Shown in pieces: positions 38,801 through 52,028 of a stretch of DNA of 64,000 nt. Numbering within the stretch: position 1 is the first letter of the stretch; each line of letters starts with the position of its first letter. The translations under genes were made by a program, and so were the position numbers. The notes below the pieces were generated by a model. That model was not told the DNA's origin and made no database searches. It saw only the letters and a program-made list of their open reading frames with translations. Source of the stretch: Camelus dromedarius (taxonomy: Eukaryota); assembly GCF_036321535.1 (NCBI RefSeq), contig NC_087437.1, positions 4,340,001-4,404,000 of the forward strand, given 5' to 3'.

Positions 38801-39467
38801 AATACCAGCAGAGCAGGACCAGACCACATTAGAGAGGAGTCCACATAACTCTCATTTTGAACAAAAATTTCCAAGACCATCTTGATCTTTGGATTTGAAT
38901 CCTATCTCCACCACTTACTTATTAGCTATGTGGTCTCTGACAACTAACTTCACTTTGCTAAACCTTTATTTCCTCTCTTATCCATAAAAAGTAACCAGTG
39001 ATGGTCATAACTCCTGGGGTTGTAGAAAGGTTACATGAGGTCATATAAATGAAGTGTTAGACAAATGCTTTGTAAAATATGATTCCCCTACAGAGATGCC
39101 CGACCCCACCCTCAGATAACCCTTCTTCGGAAATTGTAACTGCTTGGTCTTTTCTCTTTATTTAGTGACTATGAGACTCTCTTATGTACTTGTAGTAAGT
39201 CCCACTTCTTTAAACGAAAAAATCACTATTTCAGAGGTAAAAGCAATTCTTTAAGATGTTAGCTTATTTTCAATCTAGATGAACTGTTACAGCAGGTTGG
39301 GGAGGGAGCAGAGAGGAACCATATAAAGTTTCCCTTCTCGATGGAAACCTCTCAGGGATCACGCAGCCTCCATCAGCCCAACCAACACCTGCCTTGACCC
39401 CAGACAGAACTATTTACAGAAGCCATATGTGTGCAATAAGAAGTGACTCTTTCCAGAAAGCACTGAC

Positions 39468-39503
39468 CTTCAATCCTGGCAGACCTTGTCTTCCTCTTGG
39501 ACC
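39468..39503 (-). CDS. COL6A4: Helix exon, 36 nt (GPRGRQGLPGLK)
   Basis: tccttag|GGT...AAG|gtcagt. Confidence 0.95.
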
Positions 39504-39620
39504 CTAAGGATAGAAGGAAAGTGGAGACCTTAGAGAAGGAAACAAGCCTGTTTTCACCCCAGCCTCTCTCTCTCTCCCACAAAAGCAGATGAAATACATC
39601 CAACAAGTGGCTATACCTAC

Positions 39621-39674
39621 CTGAGGGCCAACACTTCCAGTTCCCCCGTGAGGTCCATCAATGTTAGAACTTCC
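39621..39674 (-). CDS. COL6A4: Helix exon, 54 nt (GSSNIDGPHGGTGSVGPQ), one Gly position occupied by Asn
   Basis: tcttgtcag|GGA...CAG|gtaggt; size and order match the expected 54-nt exon. Confidence 0.92.
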
Positions 39675-39732
39675 CTGACAAGAAAGAGGTAAAGAGATCT
39701 GTTTAGATGTCCACACACTTCTGGGTTTACCC

Positions 39733-39956
39733 TCTAGATATGGGCTGTCCCACACAGAAACCACTAACTAGCCCCATGTGGCTCTTAAGTTTAAATTAAT
39801 CTAAAGTAAGTTAAATTTAAAATTTAGTTCCTTAGTTACAGTAGGTACATTTCAAGTGTTCAATAACCACAGGTGGCTGGTGGCTACCATATTGGACAGC
39901 ACAGATACAGAACAGTTCTGTGATCTAGAAAATTCTGTTGGTCAGCTTTCCTCTAG
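39733..39956 (-). mobile_element. MER3-like hAT DNA transposon relic
   Basis: gtggctggtggctaccatattggacagcacag...ttctgttggtcagc; reverse homologue of 1922-2125. Confidence 0.75.
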
Positions 39957-40407
39957 AAGCAAATGGATTTAATTTGGTGTTCTGAAATATCCACATTGTG
40001 GGCATTTTCTCCCCAGATTGTTTGCTGAACAATATCCAGCAAGCGTTCACCATGCTGGGACAGTAGTCATACGTACTTGCCAAGAAGCCAGGTTTAATAC
40101 TTGAAAAATGTGCAAAAGGAAACAGAAGAGTGGTCTCTGCACATGTGGAGTGATGGGTAGACCAGATGGTGCAAGGGGAGGCTATTCAGTCATGATGGGG
40201 ACACTCCCTAGCACTCTCACCTCTTTAAGGTCTGAAGTGGGAAAATGAGTGGTGTCCAGAGAAAACCAAACTGAGTCCACATTTCAGGAGAATGGAAAAA
40301 AACATCTTGGGTCCCAAATAGGGATATTTTAGATAATTACTCAGTGAAGTTTCATGCTAACTCAGTAAGAATCCATAAATTGGCAAAGAATATGAAATAC
40401 AGAAACA

Positions 40408-40714
40408 TACAAAACAGAAACAAATTCGCAGACATAGTAAACAATTTTATGATTAATGGGGGAAAGAGGGTGGGAAGGGATAAATTTGGGAGTCTGAGAT
40501 TTGCAAAGGTTAACCACCATATATGAAAATAGATTAAAAAACAAGTTTCTGCTATACAGCATAGGGAACTATATTCAATACCCTGTAATAACCTTTAATG
40601 AAAAAGAATATGAAAATGAATATATGTGTTATATACACATGACTGGGACATGATGCTGTACACCAGAAATCAATACATTGTAACTGACTGTACTTCAATT
40701 AAAAAAATTTTTTT
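40408..40714 (+). mobile_element. LINE-1 3'UTR fragment
   Basis: gggataaatttgggagt...cttcaattaaaa; TSD aatacagaaaca. Confidence 0.85.
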
Positions 40715-41289
40715 AATACAGAAACAAAAACATTTTGTGAAAAGCTATTCTTCTAACTGTTACTTACAACAGATTAAATTCTGATACAATTTAAATATTC
40801 CATGAAGTGAGAGATGTGTTAATTACATTACAGTAGAAATGCTTATTGTAATCGTATAAAAACAATCAAAAACTGTATTTATCAGAAGTTTATAAAGTAG
40901 AAAAAAATTGTGCTATCATGTTGTTCTTTCCAAGTATGCTAAATTTTGTGAGTAAATAATTTATCCCAGATAAGGAGAAAGACAAAATGGTGATTCCTCA
41001 TTTTTTTATATTGTTCTAGAACATTTCTTAATAAGCTCATGGGATCCTCATCTGAATGTCTCAGGGAGAGTAACTTTGCCATCAACAAGTTAGGAAGGTC
41101 TAGTAAGCTGATGGTTTTCTTAGTTACTGGAACTCCTGAATTTTTTCCTCTATGTTTTACATTTCTGTACTCTCAAATATCTGTGGTGTTACTTTTATAA
41201 TTGGAATTTTTACAATAAAGTAGGTTTTATGAGGGAGAAGGCTTTAAGTAAAACACTCACAATTAGTCCAGATGTAATAAAGATTCTTT

Positions 41290-42085
41290 CTTAAAATGTT
41301 TATCATTTTCTTATTTCAACAGTAAATAATTTATTTGCAGCCAGAATAGTAAAAGAATTATTTGGGCAGATGCTAGAATCATTGGGTAAAAGATGGTTGG
41401 TAAATAAGAACTATGCAGTCTCAGGGTGTCATCTTCCAGATTAATCACTGGACAGAGGGAAAAGTATGTTCACAATGGATAAATCTGGTGGACACCATCT
41501 TAATCAAATGACAAAATTAATGGACCAATAATGAGAGAGACTGGCAGTGTCCCACCTGGTGACTGAGAAGGGTCCAGCATTAATTAATCTCCTTTCACAA
41601 ATGCTTAACCTGAATCTAGTCATGAGGAAACAATCAGGTAAATTCTAATTGAGGGATGTTGGTGTACTGGTCTAGATCATCAATGTCATGTGAACAAACA
41701 AATAACTGGGCAACAGTTGTGACCAAGACAATGAAATGCACCACATAATCCTTGACTGGGTCCGGGGACAACAATAAAAATAGCTGTAAAGGGCGTTACT
41801 GGGGCAAGTGTGGAAATCTGAATGTGGGCTGTATATTAGAAAATAATTTTGCATCGATATAAAAATTTTTCAAATGTGATGACTGTATTTTGCTTGTATA
41901 GGAGAATGCCTTTGTTCCAATTAGTCCTCAAATGACTCAGCAAAATATGTACATATATTACCCATGTATTTGTACAGAGAGACGTAAAGCGGGGTCAGTG
42001 GTAACAATTGGTGTTCGTTACACTTGTCTTGAAGCTACAACTTTTTCTGCAAGTTTAAAATTTTTCAAAATAAAAAGTTGGGGTA
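41290..42085 (+). mobile_element. Ancient LINE-1 3'UTR (L1MC-like)
   Basis: aacctgaatctagtcatgaggaaacaatcag motif and ttttcaaaataaaaagtt end; boundaries approximate. Confidence 0.65.
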
Positions 42086-42516
42086 AAAAGTAGAACAGGT
42101 TCATCACAGACTATTTCAACAATTCAGAGAACAAGGTTAAAGATAATAAATGCACAACTTCTGGCTGTTTATCCTTCTAGGAAAAATAGATACAGATATC
42201 TTCTACCCATTTGGACCCCTTGTGGAATACAGAGTTTTGTAATCTGGTTTTTTTCACTTAGTATCATACCATGAATGTTTTCCTTCTTAGAAATAGTCTT
42301 CTAAATTATTTTTCATGGCTTAATAATATTTTATCATGTTGGTACACCATCATTTATACGAACAATCCCTTTTCATTGAACACGTAAGCTTTGCAGTGAT
42401 TAAAAATCACCACCTTGACCATCTTTGGAGTTAAAACCTTGTTTGATCCATGATACGCTTCTGGATAAATTTTTAGAGCTGGGAAGACTGGGTCAAAGGA
42501 CATGCACATGTTAAGT

Positions 42517-43077
42517 TGTGGCAGGTACAGTTAGCGACCACGCAACAAACCCTCCCCTTTCTTCCTTGCTGACAAAAATCTCAGTTTTGTTTGGTGCAAC
42601 AACACGCCCCACTCTAAGGGCTGAGTTACAACAGGTCTAGGCCAATCATGACAATCTCATCTCCTCTGTCAGAGACGTCCTTTCTCTGGCACTCTTAAAA
42701 TGGGGTGAGGGTGGGTGGGGAGCCCAGGACCCAGCCAATGAGCCAAATGAGCTATAAACAGAGTATTTCTGGGAGTGCCCTGATGAAAGAAAGCCCCTCT
42801 CCTGCTGCCATTTCATGTAACAGTGGAGATGAAATCCTTAATGCCCAGCCCAAGAACCACACTGCAGATGGCACCCTGGAAAGAAGGAGCTGAGTCCCTG
42901 ATGACATCACTGGGTTTTGATGACATCACTGGGTTTTGATACATCGCTGAGCTCGTGTACCAAACCTGCCCCCACCTGGATTATCAAACACATTTATCAG
43001 CTAAAGCCTGCCAGTCAGGCTTTCTGTCACTTGCATATTAAAAAACACAAACAAAAAACAGCTGTTCTAACTGACAT
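42517..43077 (+). mobile_element. MaLR solo LTR (MLT1-like)
   Basis: Starts tgtggcag, ends ttctgtcacttgca...ctaactgaca; internal ggagctgagtccctgatgacatc motif. Confidence 0.7.
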
Positions 43078-44827
43078 ATGTTGACTGATTGCCTTCCACA
43101 AAGGTTGTATTGCTTTTCATTCTCCCGGAAGTGTGAAGCCATCACTGGTTTCCCATCCCTTCCCCAAATTCTAGGCATAGAATAAAGTTCCTCTGTGGTT
43201 TGAAAGACGGCTTCATCAGGGCCCCTTCTCCATCCAGATTACATTCAATCTGCTCTTTGGTAAAACCGAGGAAAGACTGACCCCTAAAGGGCTCTCTTCT
43301 CAAAGCACCTAACAGGCTAGGCCGTCAGCGTGCACCGGCTGCAGGCTTGTGTAACTGGCGGGAGGGACTTCCATCATCCAAACCTACTCAAAGAACGCTT
43401 AGTTAGGAGCCTTCTTTGAGCTCAGCATGGGAGTAGCGAGCACAGGGAAGGAAAATGCAGCATGACGTGGCTCTGTTTCAGGTACCTTTTTGCCTGCACG
43501 CACAATTCAGGGATCCGGTGTTCAAGGTTAACCCTTAGCTAAAGTCAGCGACGGACACCTCGGACACCTCGGAAAGCTGTGAGCAGGAGGGTCCCCCCGG
43601 TGCCGAGACGGACGCAGCAGCGGACAATTTGTCTAGAGACCTGAGTTCCTTTCCAGCAGTGAAACCATGAGCAAACCACAGATGATACAGATCAAGACCT
43701 TTCTTGCCATGACAAGCACTGACTCCTGGAAACTTTGAAATGGTTTCTCTAATAGTCCCACCCTGCGGATGAGGAAACTGGGGCCGGGATGGGTTCAGGG
43801 TGGCTGCCCTGCTGTTCCCTTAGCTCAATCCCATAGCTGATTGAGGCAATTCACACGGCTCTCTGATCTCAACTCACCAAAGAAAATCCTCACAGTTGGT
43901 CCAAAACAACTGTAATCGACAACAGGATGAGAAATTCTTGCAGCAAATCATGACAATTTTCTCACATAGCTGCGTAATAATGATCTTGTTACAAACTGGA
44001 CTTTATTCAGAACCTGGGCGTATATAAAATGGTTGCGAACTAGCCAAAATTCAGGGAGGAGAATGGATGTCCTAAGGTTTTTGTCAAAGGTTGCAAATTG
44101 GAGTTTAAAGCAAACGGAAGTTCCTCTACAGTTGTGAGCATTTTGCTATGCACACCCCATTCCTGGAAACTGGGAAGGATGAACTCTATGGCTGGAGGTA
44201 CCTGGGTTATTTCAGTCATTTTTCAGAATCTTGCATTTTAATGTCTTGGGCGTAAAAATCTAAAAATACCTTTCAACAAATTGGTCTCTGTCAAGATAGC
44301 AAGTCTTTTTTCTTCTGTGATGACTCTTATCACAATGCTTCTAGTATTTAGAACTAGACAAAGATCTTATCTTTAAAAATGGATGGTACCCCATACACAT
44401 CAATTTACAGTTGCCATGACAGAAAGCAAGCCAGCGGGGTGATGACCCTGAGCATTTTTTAAATCGAGGCATCATTATAAAATTGGAGAATTTTAAAACT
44501 GAAAGGTCTTAGGTATCATTGAGTCCCATATTTTCAATTTGGAGATGAGGAAACCAAGGACAAAAGAGGTAAAGTAACTTAAATTACTAATGCTGTGGGA
44601 GGTAAGATCTGTACAAAAAAATAATAATAAACCAGGAGACAGGGATGCTAGGACAAGGATATAAGTAGAGATTAGCATTCAGAGCTCCTGTCCCCATGGA
44701 CAGCGGAGACCATACATTTTCACTGTGGTTTTCTCTGCTGATCCAACCTGTATGCCCATGACTCCTGCCCCAGCCAGCATCTGCTCCCAGGGCACCAGTA
44801 GCCCCAAAGGGAGGGAGACCGTCTTAC

Positions 44828-44893
44828 CTGGTGTCCACGCCTCCCTTTTTCCCCCTTGGGGCCTTGGGTGAAACTATCAGTTCCAGGATCCCC
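44828..44893 (-). CDS. COL6A4: Helix exon, 66 nt (GDPGTDSFTQGPKGEKGRRGHQ), with the family helix interruption
   Basis: tttcccag|GGG...CAG|gtaaga; GTDSFTQG aligns with COL6A3 GQDSQERG. Confidence 0.95.
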
Positions 44894-45220
44894 CTGGGAA
44901 AATAAAAGGTTGCTTAGCTCAAATGGGTAGGCAAAGTATGATTATTAAAAAAGAAAAGGCACCAAAGTGGATCCTTTCAGTTGTCTGAGCCTGCTCAGTA
45001 TTCCAAATACCCAGTGCAATTAAAATCCTAAACTCTTTAAGAGCCCAAACGTTGTATAAGATGGACTTCCTTTCAAATCTCCTATTGGTCGCAATACTAA
45101 GGCAGGCTGAACAGATGCCTCATTAATGAATAATTCATTGTCCTCTGCCTTTGTGCCCAAGCAAACAATTCACAATCCCTGGATTAGAGCAGCAGAAATC
45201 CCTGAAACCCCACTACTCAC

Positions 45221-45283
45221 AAAATCTCCCCTCAGCCCAGGCTCTCCGCGCTCGCCAGGTCGTCCAGGTGGTCCAGGCAAGCC
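45221..45283 (-). CDS. COL6A4: Helix exon, 63 nt (GLPGPPGRPGERGEPGLRGDF)
   Basis: gatttaag|GGC...TTT|gtgagt; contains RGD. Confidence 0.95.
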
Positions 45284-45807
45284 CTTAAATCAAATTTTTA
45301 AGAAGTGTCACTTTTTAAAATCATCTATTGCCTAAAGGGAAATGGCAAATGAGATTCAAATTAAAAGAGCAATGTAGTACGTGAACTTTGAAGCATTAGC
45401 TGCCAAAGAGGTGAGGTTGAGACACAGAAAAGAACATCCTTTTATTGGAAATCTGGGATACACTTGGCCCTATATGTGCATTGCCTCATTTAACCCTCAC
45501 AATTCAAGAATTAACCTGCTACATATGAGGAAACTGAGACTCAGGGAAGTCAGACCCTGTCCCCCTACCACCAATACCCTGGATCTTTTCACAACTTCCT
45601 GATGCTCCTACACAGAAATACATGTAAGAAAAAGAAGGCTCTCTCCATCAGTATTAGCAGCGCAAGATCTTATGAAAAAGAGAAGGAAAGAGAGAGAAAT
45701 GCTTCTGGAGCCCCTGACTGCTACAGGCAGGGAACCAGAGAGGTGGAGCAACTTGCCATAAGACTATGACATGAAAAGCAAATGGTTGCTTCTCTTAAAC
45801 CCTGCTG

Positions 45808-46026
45808 TTAGATACACATGACTGTATCTAAAATAGATGAACAACAAGGTCCTACCGTATAGCACAGGAAACTACCTTCAATACCCTGTAATAACATATA
45901 ATGGAAAAGAATATAAAAAGAAAAAAATATATATGTGTATGTATGTGTACAACTGAATCGCTTTGCTGTACTCTTGAAGCTAACATTGTAAATCAACTAC
46001 ACTTCAATAAAAAAAAAAAATTTTTG
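45808..46026 (+). mobile_element. Short LINE-1 3' end
   Basis: aacaaggtcctaccgtatagcacagg...cttcaataaaaa; imperfect TSD ttaaacc(c/t)tgct. Confidence 0.85.
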
Positions 46027-46529
46027 TTAAACCTTGCTTTTAGTGGTACCACCTCTGTGCCATAGTTCCTACAGAATCACAGAATTGGGGAGAGCGCCCC
46101 CCCCCCCCCCCACTGCAGGAGCCTTCCTCGGATGATGTTATGTACCTGGTTCTGGAGGGTACACACCACACCCTGAGAATAGTGAAGTGGGGCCCCCTCT
46201 GAAATCTGACCCTCAGACACACAGGAAATGGGATGTTCTCTGGGTTCCACAAGAAGCCACCTCATACTGTTGCTGGAGACCTTTCGTCACGTCTTCCCCG
46301 GTCTGATACAATGGTAAGAAGGAATTAGTTAATTCTAAATTCTAATCCTGCTGCTTAATTGACAACCAAGGCAAATTTCTTTGACTTCTCAGTTCAAAAC
46401 AATTTTCTCATCGGTGAAATAGACATACTTATCTTATAGGGCTGTTATAGGGATTCAACGGAATAGTAAATTAAAATGCTGAGTACAGGGCCTGACATAT
46501 GGTGCCTATTATGTTTTGTCCAACATATA

Positions 46530-47260
46530 GTCCCTCCTTTTTCTGACCCAGACACTGGCTTCCAGAGTAATCTTCCAAACCTGTAGCTTTGAACACATGT
46601 CTTCCTTGCTTAGAAACTTTCAACAGCACCTGGTGACTCAGCAGAAAAGAACAAAACCCTTAAAACATGGCATCAAATTGGCTCCAACTTGCCCTTCCAG
46701 ACTGTCCTCCCACTCTTTATACTTTTGATCTCACCCTCCACTCTTGTTGAAGTGGAATCTTTGTTTTCCAAAACCACTCTGAGTTCTTTTAATCTAAGCC
46801 TTTTCTTTTTCTTAACCTGGAATACCCTGTGTGTGTGTGTGTGTGTGTCTCACAGAGGTCTCAGTGGAGAATGTCTTGATTTCCTGTGTTCCCTGGAATG
46901 CCCGAGTCTTCTCCACCCTGAGCACATTCTCAAATGCCACAGGGCCTCAGTAGGGAAGGCTGGTCTCACATCCCCTTCCTCCTCCCTCACCATCTTTTAA
47001 ATTTCATTCCATCGTTACTCCCTCAATGAAGCCTTCCTGACTGCACAGGCTGGATCAGATCCCTGTGCCATTTCCCTGCCTTTCACGTACTTATCTCAGC
47101 AGTAATCTTACAACTATTTCCATGATTATTTCATTAATATCTGTTTCACCCCACAGAGGCAAGTCCTGAGAAACAGAACTCATGCCTATTTTGGTCCCCA
47201 TTCTACAGTCTTCCCTAAATTACAATAGATGCTCAGTGAATTTTGTTGACTGATTGGATG
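46530..47260 (+). mobile_element. LINE-2 relic
   Basis: Pyrimidine-rich L2 body ending gatgctcagtgaattttgttgactga. Confidence 0.65.
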
Positions 47261-48568
47261 GAGAAAGGCCACTGTACTTGAGATTCCTCTCCAAGTCACC
47301 GGGCTCCCATTGATTCTTTATTTGTACCATTCTTACAGCCTTTATCTTATCCTATCTTGTATTAGAGTTATTCCTGTACAAATCTTATCTCCTGCACCAG
47401 GAAACCAGCTCTTTATTGGTCATAACCTTGATTCATTTACCTCTGAACCCTTCTTTGTGTCCGCCAAAATGCCCTACAGGTAGGAAGCACTTGACAGGCA
47501 TTTACTGAATTCAACTAATTTTGGTGGAAACTGAAGGCTCTCCAGTCTTGAAGGGAATGTAGTGTGCTCCACCTTCTCCAAAATCTGATCCACAAACTGC
47601 AGGTTGGAAATTAAACCTCAATAAAGAGTCATGTCTTGCGACTCTCTGTTTCATGTATCAGGAAATCAATCCACGCCTAAGGGTAAAAGCATTGCTCTAA
47701 TTCCATAGGGGTAATAAAAACATAAGTAAATAAATTTAACCTCCTTTATCTAATCCAGTGAATCAACAGAAGCTGATTACAGTGCTGTGTCAAGTTGGAT
47801 CCTTCAGGCTGGAATCCATCATCGGTTAGTAATGTCTGCATGGGCATGGGAAGGGAAATTGGTTAGTAATGTCTGCCTGGGCACAGGAAGGGGGAGTTGC
47901 AGTACATACGCCAGGTACCTGCCCTCCCTCACATGGAGAGAGTGACCAGCACAGTGCATAGTCACAGTCAAGCAGATAGTCCAAACAATGGACACCGGGA
48001 GGATGCAGAAAAGGGGGAGGTCACTACAGACCGACATGGTCAAGGAGGGTATCATTAGGAGGAAAGAGAGGAGGTGGAAACTGAAGGAAAGGTGAGGTTC
48101 AAGTAAGCACTGAAGATGGTTGCAGGGGAAAGGCGTTCCAGGATGAAGTACTGAGTGAGGGTGAGACACAGAGCTCGGCGTGCAGAAGGAATCTCCAGGG
48201 GACAGTGAGGAGCCCAGTTTGACTGGGAAGGACACTTCTGGACTGAGATTAGTGAAGGATGTGGTTGAAAGGCCTTGTGTGTCAGACTACATCACTGGTG
48301 ACAGGAAGCTATGAAAAGCTTGCGCAAAAGGGAATGACGCCCATGATAAAGCACAAAAGGTTAAGTAAGCTGGTTCCCATGACCCATTTCACTATCAGCA
48401 GAGTCAGGCCTTAAGTAGAAGTTCCAAAGACTAATCTAATATTTATCACCCTTTCACTCCCAACACAGTACAGATGACGCTTTCCCAGAGTTTGGAAATA
48501 AGCTGTCCGGGTCAGTTTCTGCAGCAGGAATCTGAGAGATGTGGGAGAAGAATCTTCTCACACTTTAC

Positions 48569-48622
48569 CCGATTTCCCCTGTTTCCTTTTTCTCCAGATG
48601 ACCCTGGGACTCCACGATCACC
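48569..48622 (-). CDS. COL6A4: Helix exon, 54 nt (GDRGVPGSSGEKGNRGNR)
   Basis: tttttctag|GGT...CGG|gtaaag. Confidence 0.95.
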
Positions 48623-48699
48623 CTAGAAAAAGACAAAGAAATACAAAAAGAATCTGTATTACATAAGTCACACACACCAGGAAAATTTTTCACATAGTT

Positions 48700-50280
48700 T
48701 CACATTCTAGCCAAGAGTAGAAAGTTCTAAATCTGACTATGTGGCAGACTAGATGCCCTGAACAATCTTCCCTTCAAAAAACAATTTAAAATCCAAATAA
48801 CAAATTAAATTACATCTCACATGCATCCATGAGCTGATAAAGAAAAAGAGAGATGCTTAGAGTTTAGACAAAGAGAAAGCAGGAATCTAGAAGAGTCACA
48901 GCTATTGGCTGCCGGAGGACTCCTGGTCACTCTGGACGTGTGTGGTGTGAAAACCCACAAGGTGATCACTTATTTTAAAGTGGTCCCAGGAGGTAGTGCC
49001 ACCAAGTATGTGGCAGAAGCAAACAACCTCCACTCAGTGACTTCTCACAGATAAAGTTCCATCAAAAATGAGTGTCAATCAAAAATTACAACACATAGGA
49101 GGTAGACACCATGAGGGAGAAGCCAGCAGATCCAACAGACAACAAATTAGACTTATAATGACTATAGATGTTGGAATTATCAAAATGTAAAATAAATATC
49201 TTTAATCATTTAAATAACCCAAAAAATGAGCTAAGGAAAAAAAAGCATCTATATTTTAAAAAAGGGTGGGGGGTAAGCAGATTTGAGAAAGAATCAAACA
49301 GAACTTCTTGAAGTGAAATTAGAATAAATGAAATCAAAACTCCAATCAGCAGGTTAATGGTACATTAAACATTTAACATAAGGATTGGTGAACTAGAAAC
49401 TGAAGAAGTTATTCCGAATGCAGCACAGAAAGATAAAGAAATAGAAAATATGAAAGAAAGGCTAAGAGACATTGAGGATAAAGTGAGAAGGTCTACAAAT
49501 TTCTAATTAGACTTCCAGAAGGAGATAAGAGAGAAAGTGGGAAGGATTAAAATTTCAAAATGATCATCTGCTAAGGATTTTCCAAAACCTGGAGACACAA
49601 ATGCTCCGATTCAAAAGCTTACTAAGTCCCAAATAGGATAAGTGAAAAGAAATTCATACCTGGAACATCATATTGAAACTGCAGGAAACGAGAAACAAAG
49701 GAAAGCTGTAAAGCAGCCTGATATTTTTTTCAAAGATCACTAACAAAGGGACAACAGTTCCTTGATGGATAACTTCTTAAGAGCAAAGATGAAAGTCAGC
49801 CAGGAGAGGATGAAATTTCATTTCTAAAGTGCTGAGAGAAAATAATTGTATACCCAAGAGTGATCTTTCAAGAAAAATGGTGAAATCATGAAATTGTCAG
49901 AGAAAAAAACAACCAGGAGCATTTACAACCTTCATCAAAGAAAAAAATCTACAAGTTGTATTTTAGGCAAAAGAAGCATGATCTTTTCACATTTTTTGAA
50001 GGCATCAGTGACAGTAATAAATATGATGGTAAAGCTAGGTAAGTATTGATTAAATAAAGCAATCATTACAACAATGTCTAGTTACTAGAATTAACAAAAG
50101 TAAAAGGTGAAAATAAAACTCCGACAACAACATGTGATATGAGAGCTAAGTTTATAGGTTCCTTGTATTTTGAACACAAGAACAAACACATAGATTAACT
50201 TTAGACATTGGTGAGCATGCGTGTTTATTTAAATTTCCAGACTAGTTGTGAGAAATATGAAGAGTATTAATGTCAAACTC
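48700..50280 (+). mobile_element. Ancient LINE-1 ORF1-region relic
   Basis: A-rich decayed ORF1-like sequence (attggtgaactagaa, gcacagaaagataaagaaatagaaaatatgaaag); no open frame; boundaries approximate. Confidence 0.7.
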
Positions 50281-50327
50281 ATGAGGGTGGGGAGAGCTGG
50301 GGACATAGAATGAGAAACTGTCTGTAC

Positions 50328-50372
50328 CTGTTCTCCATCCAAGCCGTCAAGACCCTCCTCACCAGGGCTGCC
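50328..50372 (-). CDS. COL6A4: Helix exon, 45 nt (GSPGEEGLDGLDGEQ)
   Basis: ctccacag|GGC...CAG|gtacag; GLDGLDGE motif. Confidence 0.95.
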
Positions 50373-50788
50373 CTGTGGAGCAAAGGAAGATGAGGACGTT
50401 AGGGACCGGAGGACCAGGTGTCCCTGGTTACTGCTTGCATGTTAATTTCCTTGCTAATATTATTCTCAGAAGGTAGAAGAATCTAGGTCTCCCAAACAAC
50501 ATTTATATTCAGCATTCAAGTATTAAAAAGCAGTGATTATTTTCTTCCTGAAATGGATATTAGCGATATATACTGTTTTTCCTGACAGTTTCAGATGCTA
50601 AAGAAAAATAGAAGAAAAAAAGAAATTCAGATTTTGAATGGATAGAAAGACTTCCTTTTAAACTTTTACACTGTGACAAGCACGGTAACTCTCACCGGAC
50701 TGAATGAAACATTTCTCACTGGTTGTCTACGATGGTCCTTGTGTCATTGACCTTTTTTTTTTTTTTTTAATGTAAAAAGACTGGCAAA

Positions 50789-50929
50789 GAGAGGAGGGTA
50801 TAGCTCAGTGGTAGAGGGCATGCCCAGCATGCGCGAGGTCCTGGGTTCAATCCCAGTACCTTCATTAGAAAAATAAATGAATAAATAAACACCCCTAATT
50901 ATCTTCCCCCAACAAAATAAATAAGTAAA
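50789..50929 (+). mobile_element. tRNA-derived SINE with 16-bp TSD
   Basis: TSD taaaaagactggcaaa at 50773-50788 and 50930-50945; intact A and B boxes. Confidence 0.9.
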
Positions 50930-52001
50930 TAAAAAGACTGGCAAACATGCCTGAATTCATCTGCATAATGGAAACTCCAAAGATCGCAGATTAAGCAGGA
51001 ATTAAATGAGTGTGTTTGGACGTGTGTGCATTTGGAAAGACTTATGACTTAAAAAAAGAAAAGAACACTTCTTTAGAGAAGAGCTGAAAAGCTGGGGCTG
51101 ACTACGATAAGAGTAACAACTGGCCACAGCATTGTGCTACCCCATCAAGCTTTCCATCGCTTTCAAATCACGGGCTCGTTGTTTTACCAACCAACTCAAA
51201 AGGACAGTGAATCTATTTATTATAAAGCATCTTCTGAAGAAAAAACAAAAAGATCCAGAGTGTTGCAAGCAGAACAAAATGCATTTTACACACGTGGGGT
51301 GGTCGATGTACTCCTACTGGCCACACGAGGAAATCAAGTTTCAGGCATTTTTGTTTTAGCCAGAGGACAGCTGATTTTAGTGAATGAAAATACGCACAGG
51401 AAACTCTAGGACTAGAATGACGTGCTACGTTTGGCACAGGACATAGTGGTCCCAGGAGACCTGGTAAATGAGATCCATCAGCCCTTGTCTGATCCATTCA
51501 TCACTTGGTATTCATTCCCTAGGATAATGCGGGGAACAGAGCAGGTTCCTAATACATGTTTGTTGAATGAATGAATGAATGAATGGGCAAATGGGTACTT
51601 GGCTTCTGAATCTGGACGTAAAGCCACTCCCTGCTGCACCAGCGCCTTACTAGCCCTGTCCTGCATCCCTCTCCCACGTGACACCTCACATGACCAAACC
51701 CTCCTGAACACACCTTGAATTCAGAACCAACTCTTTCAGATAAACATGATAATCTTGTGGCTCCATCATTGTAGTCAGCAAGGCTTGAAAATTATCTTAT
51801 AGGTCCAGATTCAAACCTGAAATACTTACCTTACAGACAGCCATTCATTAGCGTGACAGTTTGGCTGTTAACACCACCTGACACATCTATCCCCAAGTGT
51901 TAAGCCCCACCTTACTCAAGCAAAGGAAAAAATCAGTGAACTTGATGTTGTGTTTCCCAAAGAAGCCACTCCCCACTTTGAGAATAAGGAAGACCACTCA
52001 C

Positions 52002-52028
52002 CTTTTCTCCAGAAAATCCTCTTGCTCC
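52002..52028 (-). CDS. COL6A4: Helix exon, 27 nt (GARGFSGEK)
   Basis: attttag|GGA...AAG|gtgagt. Confidence 0.94.
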
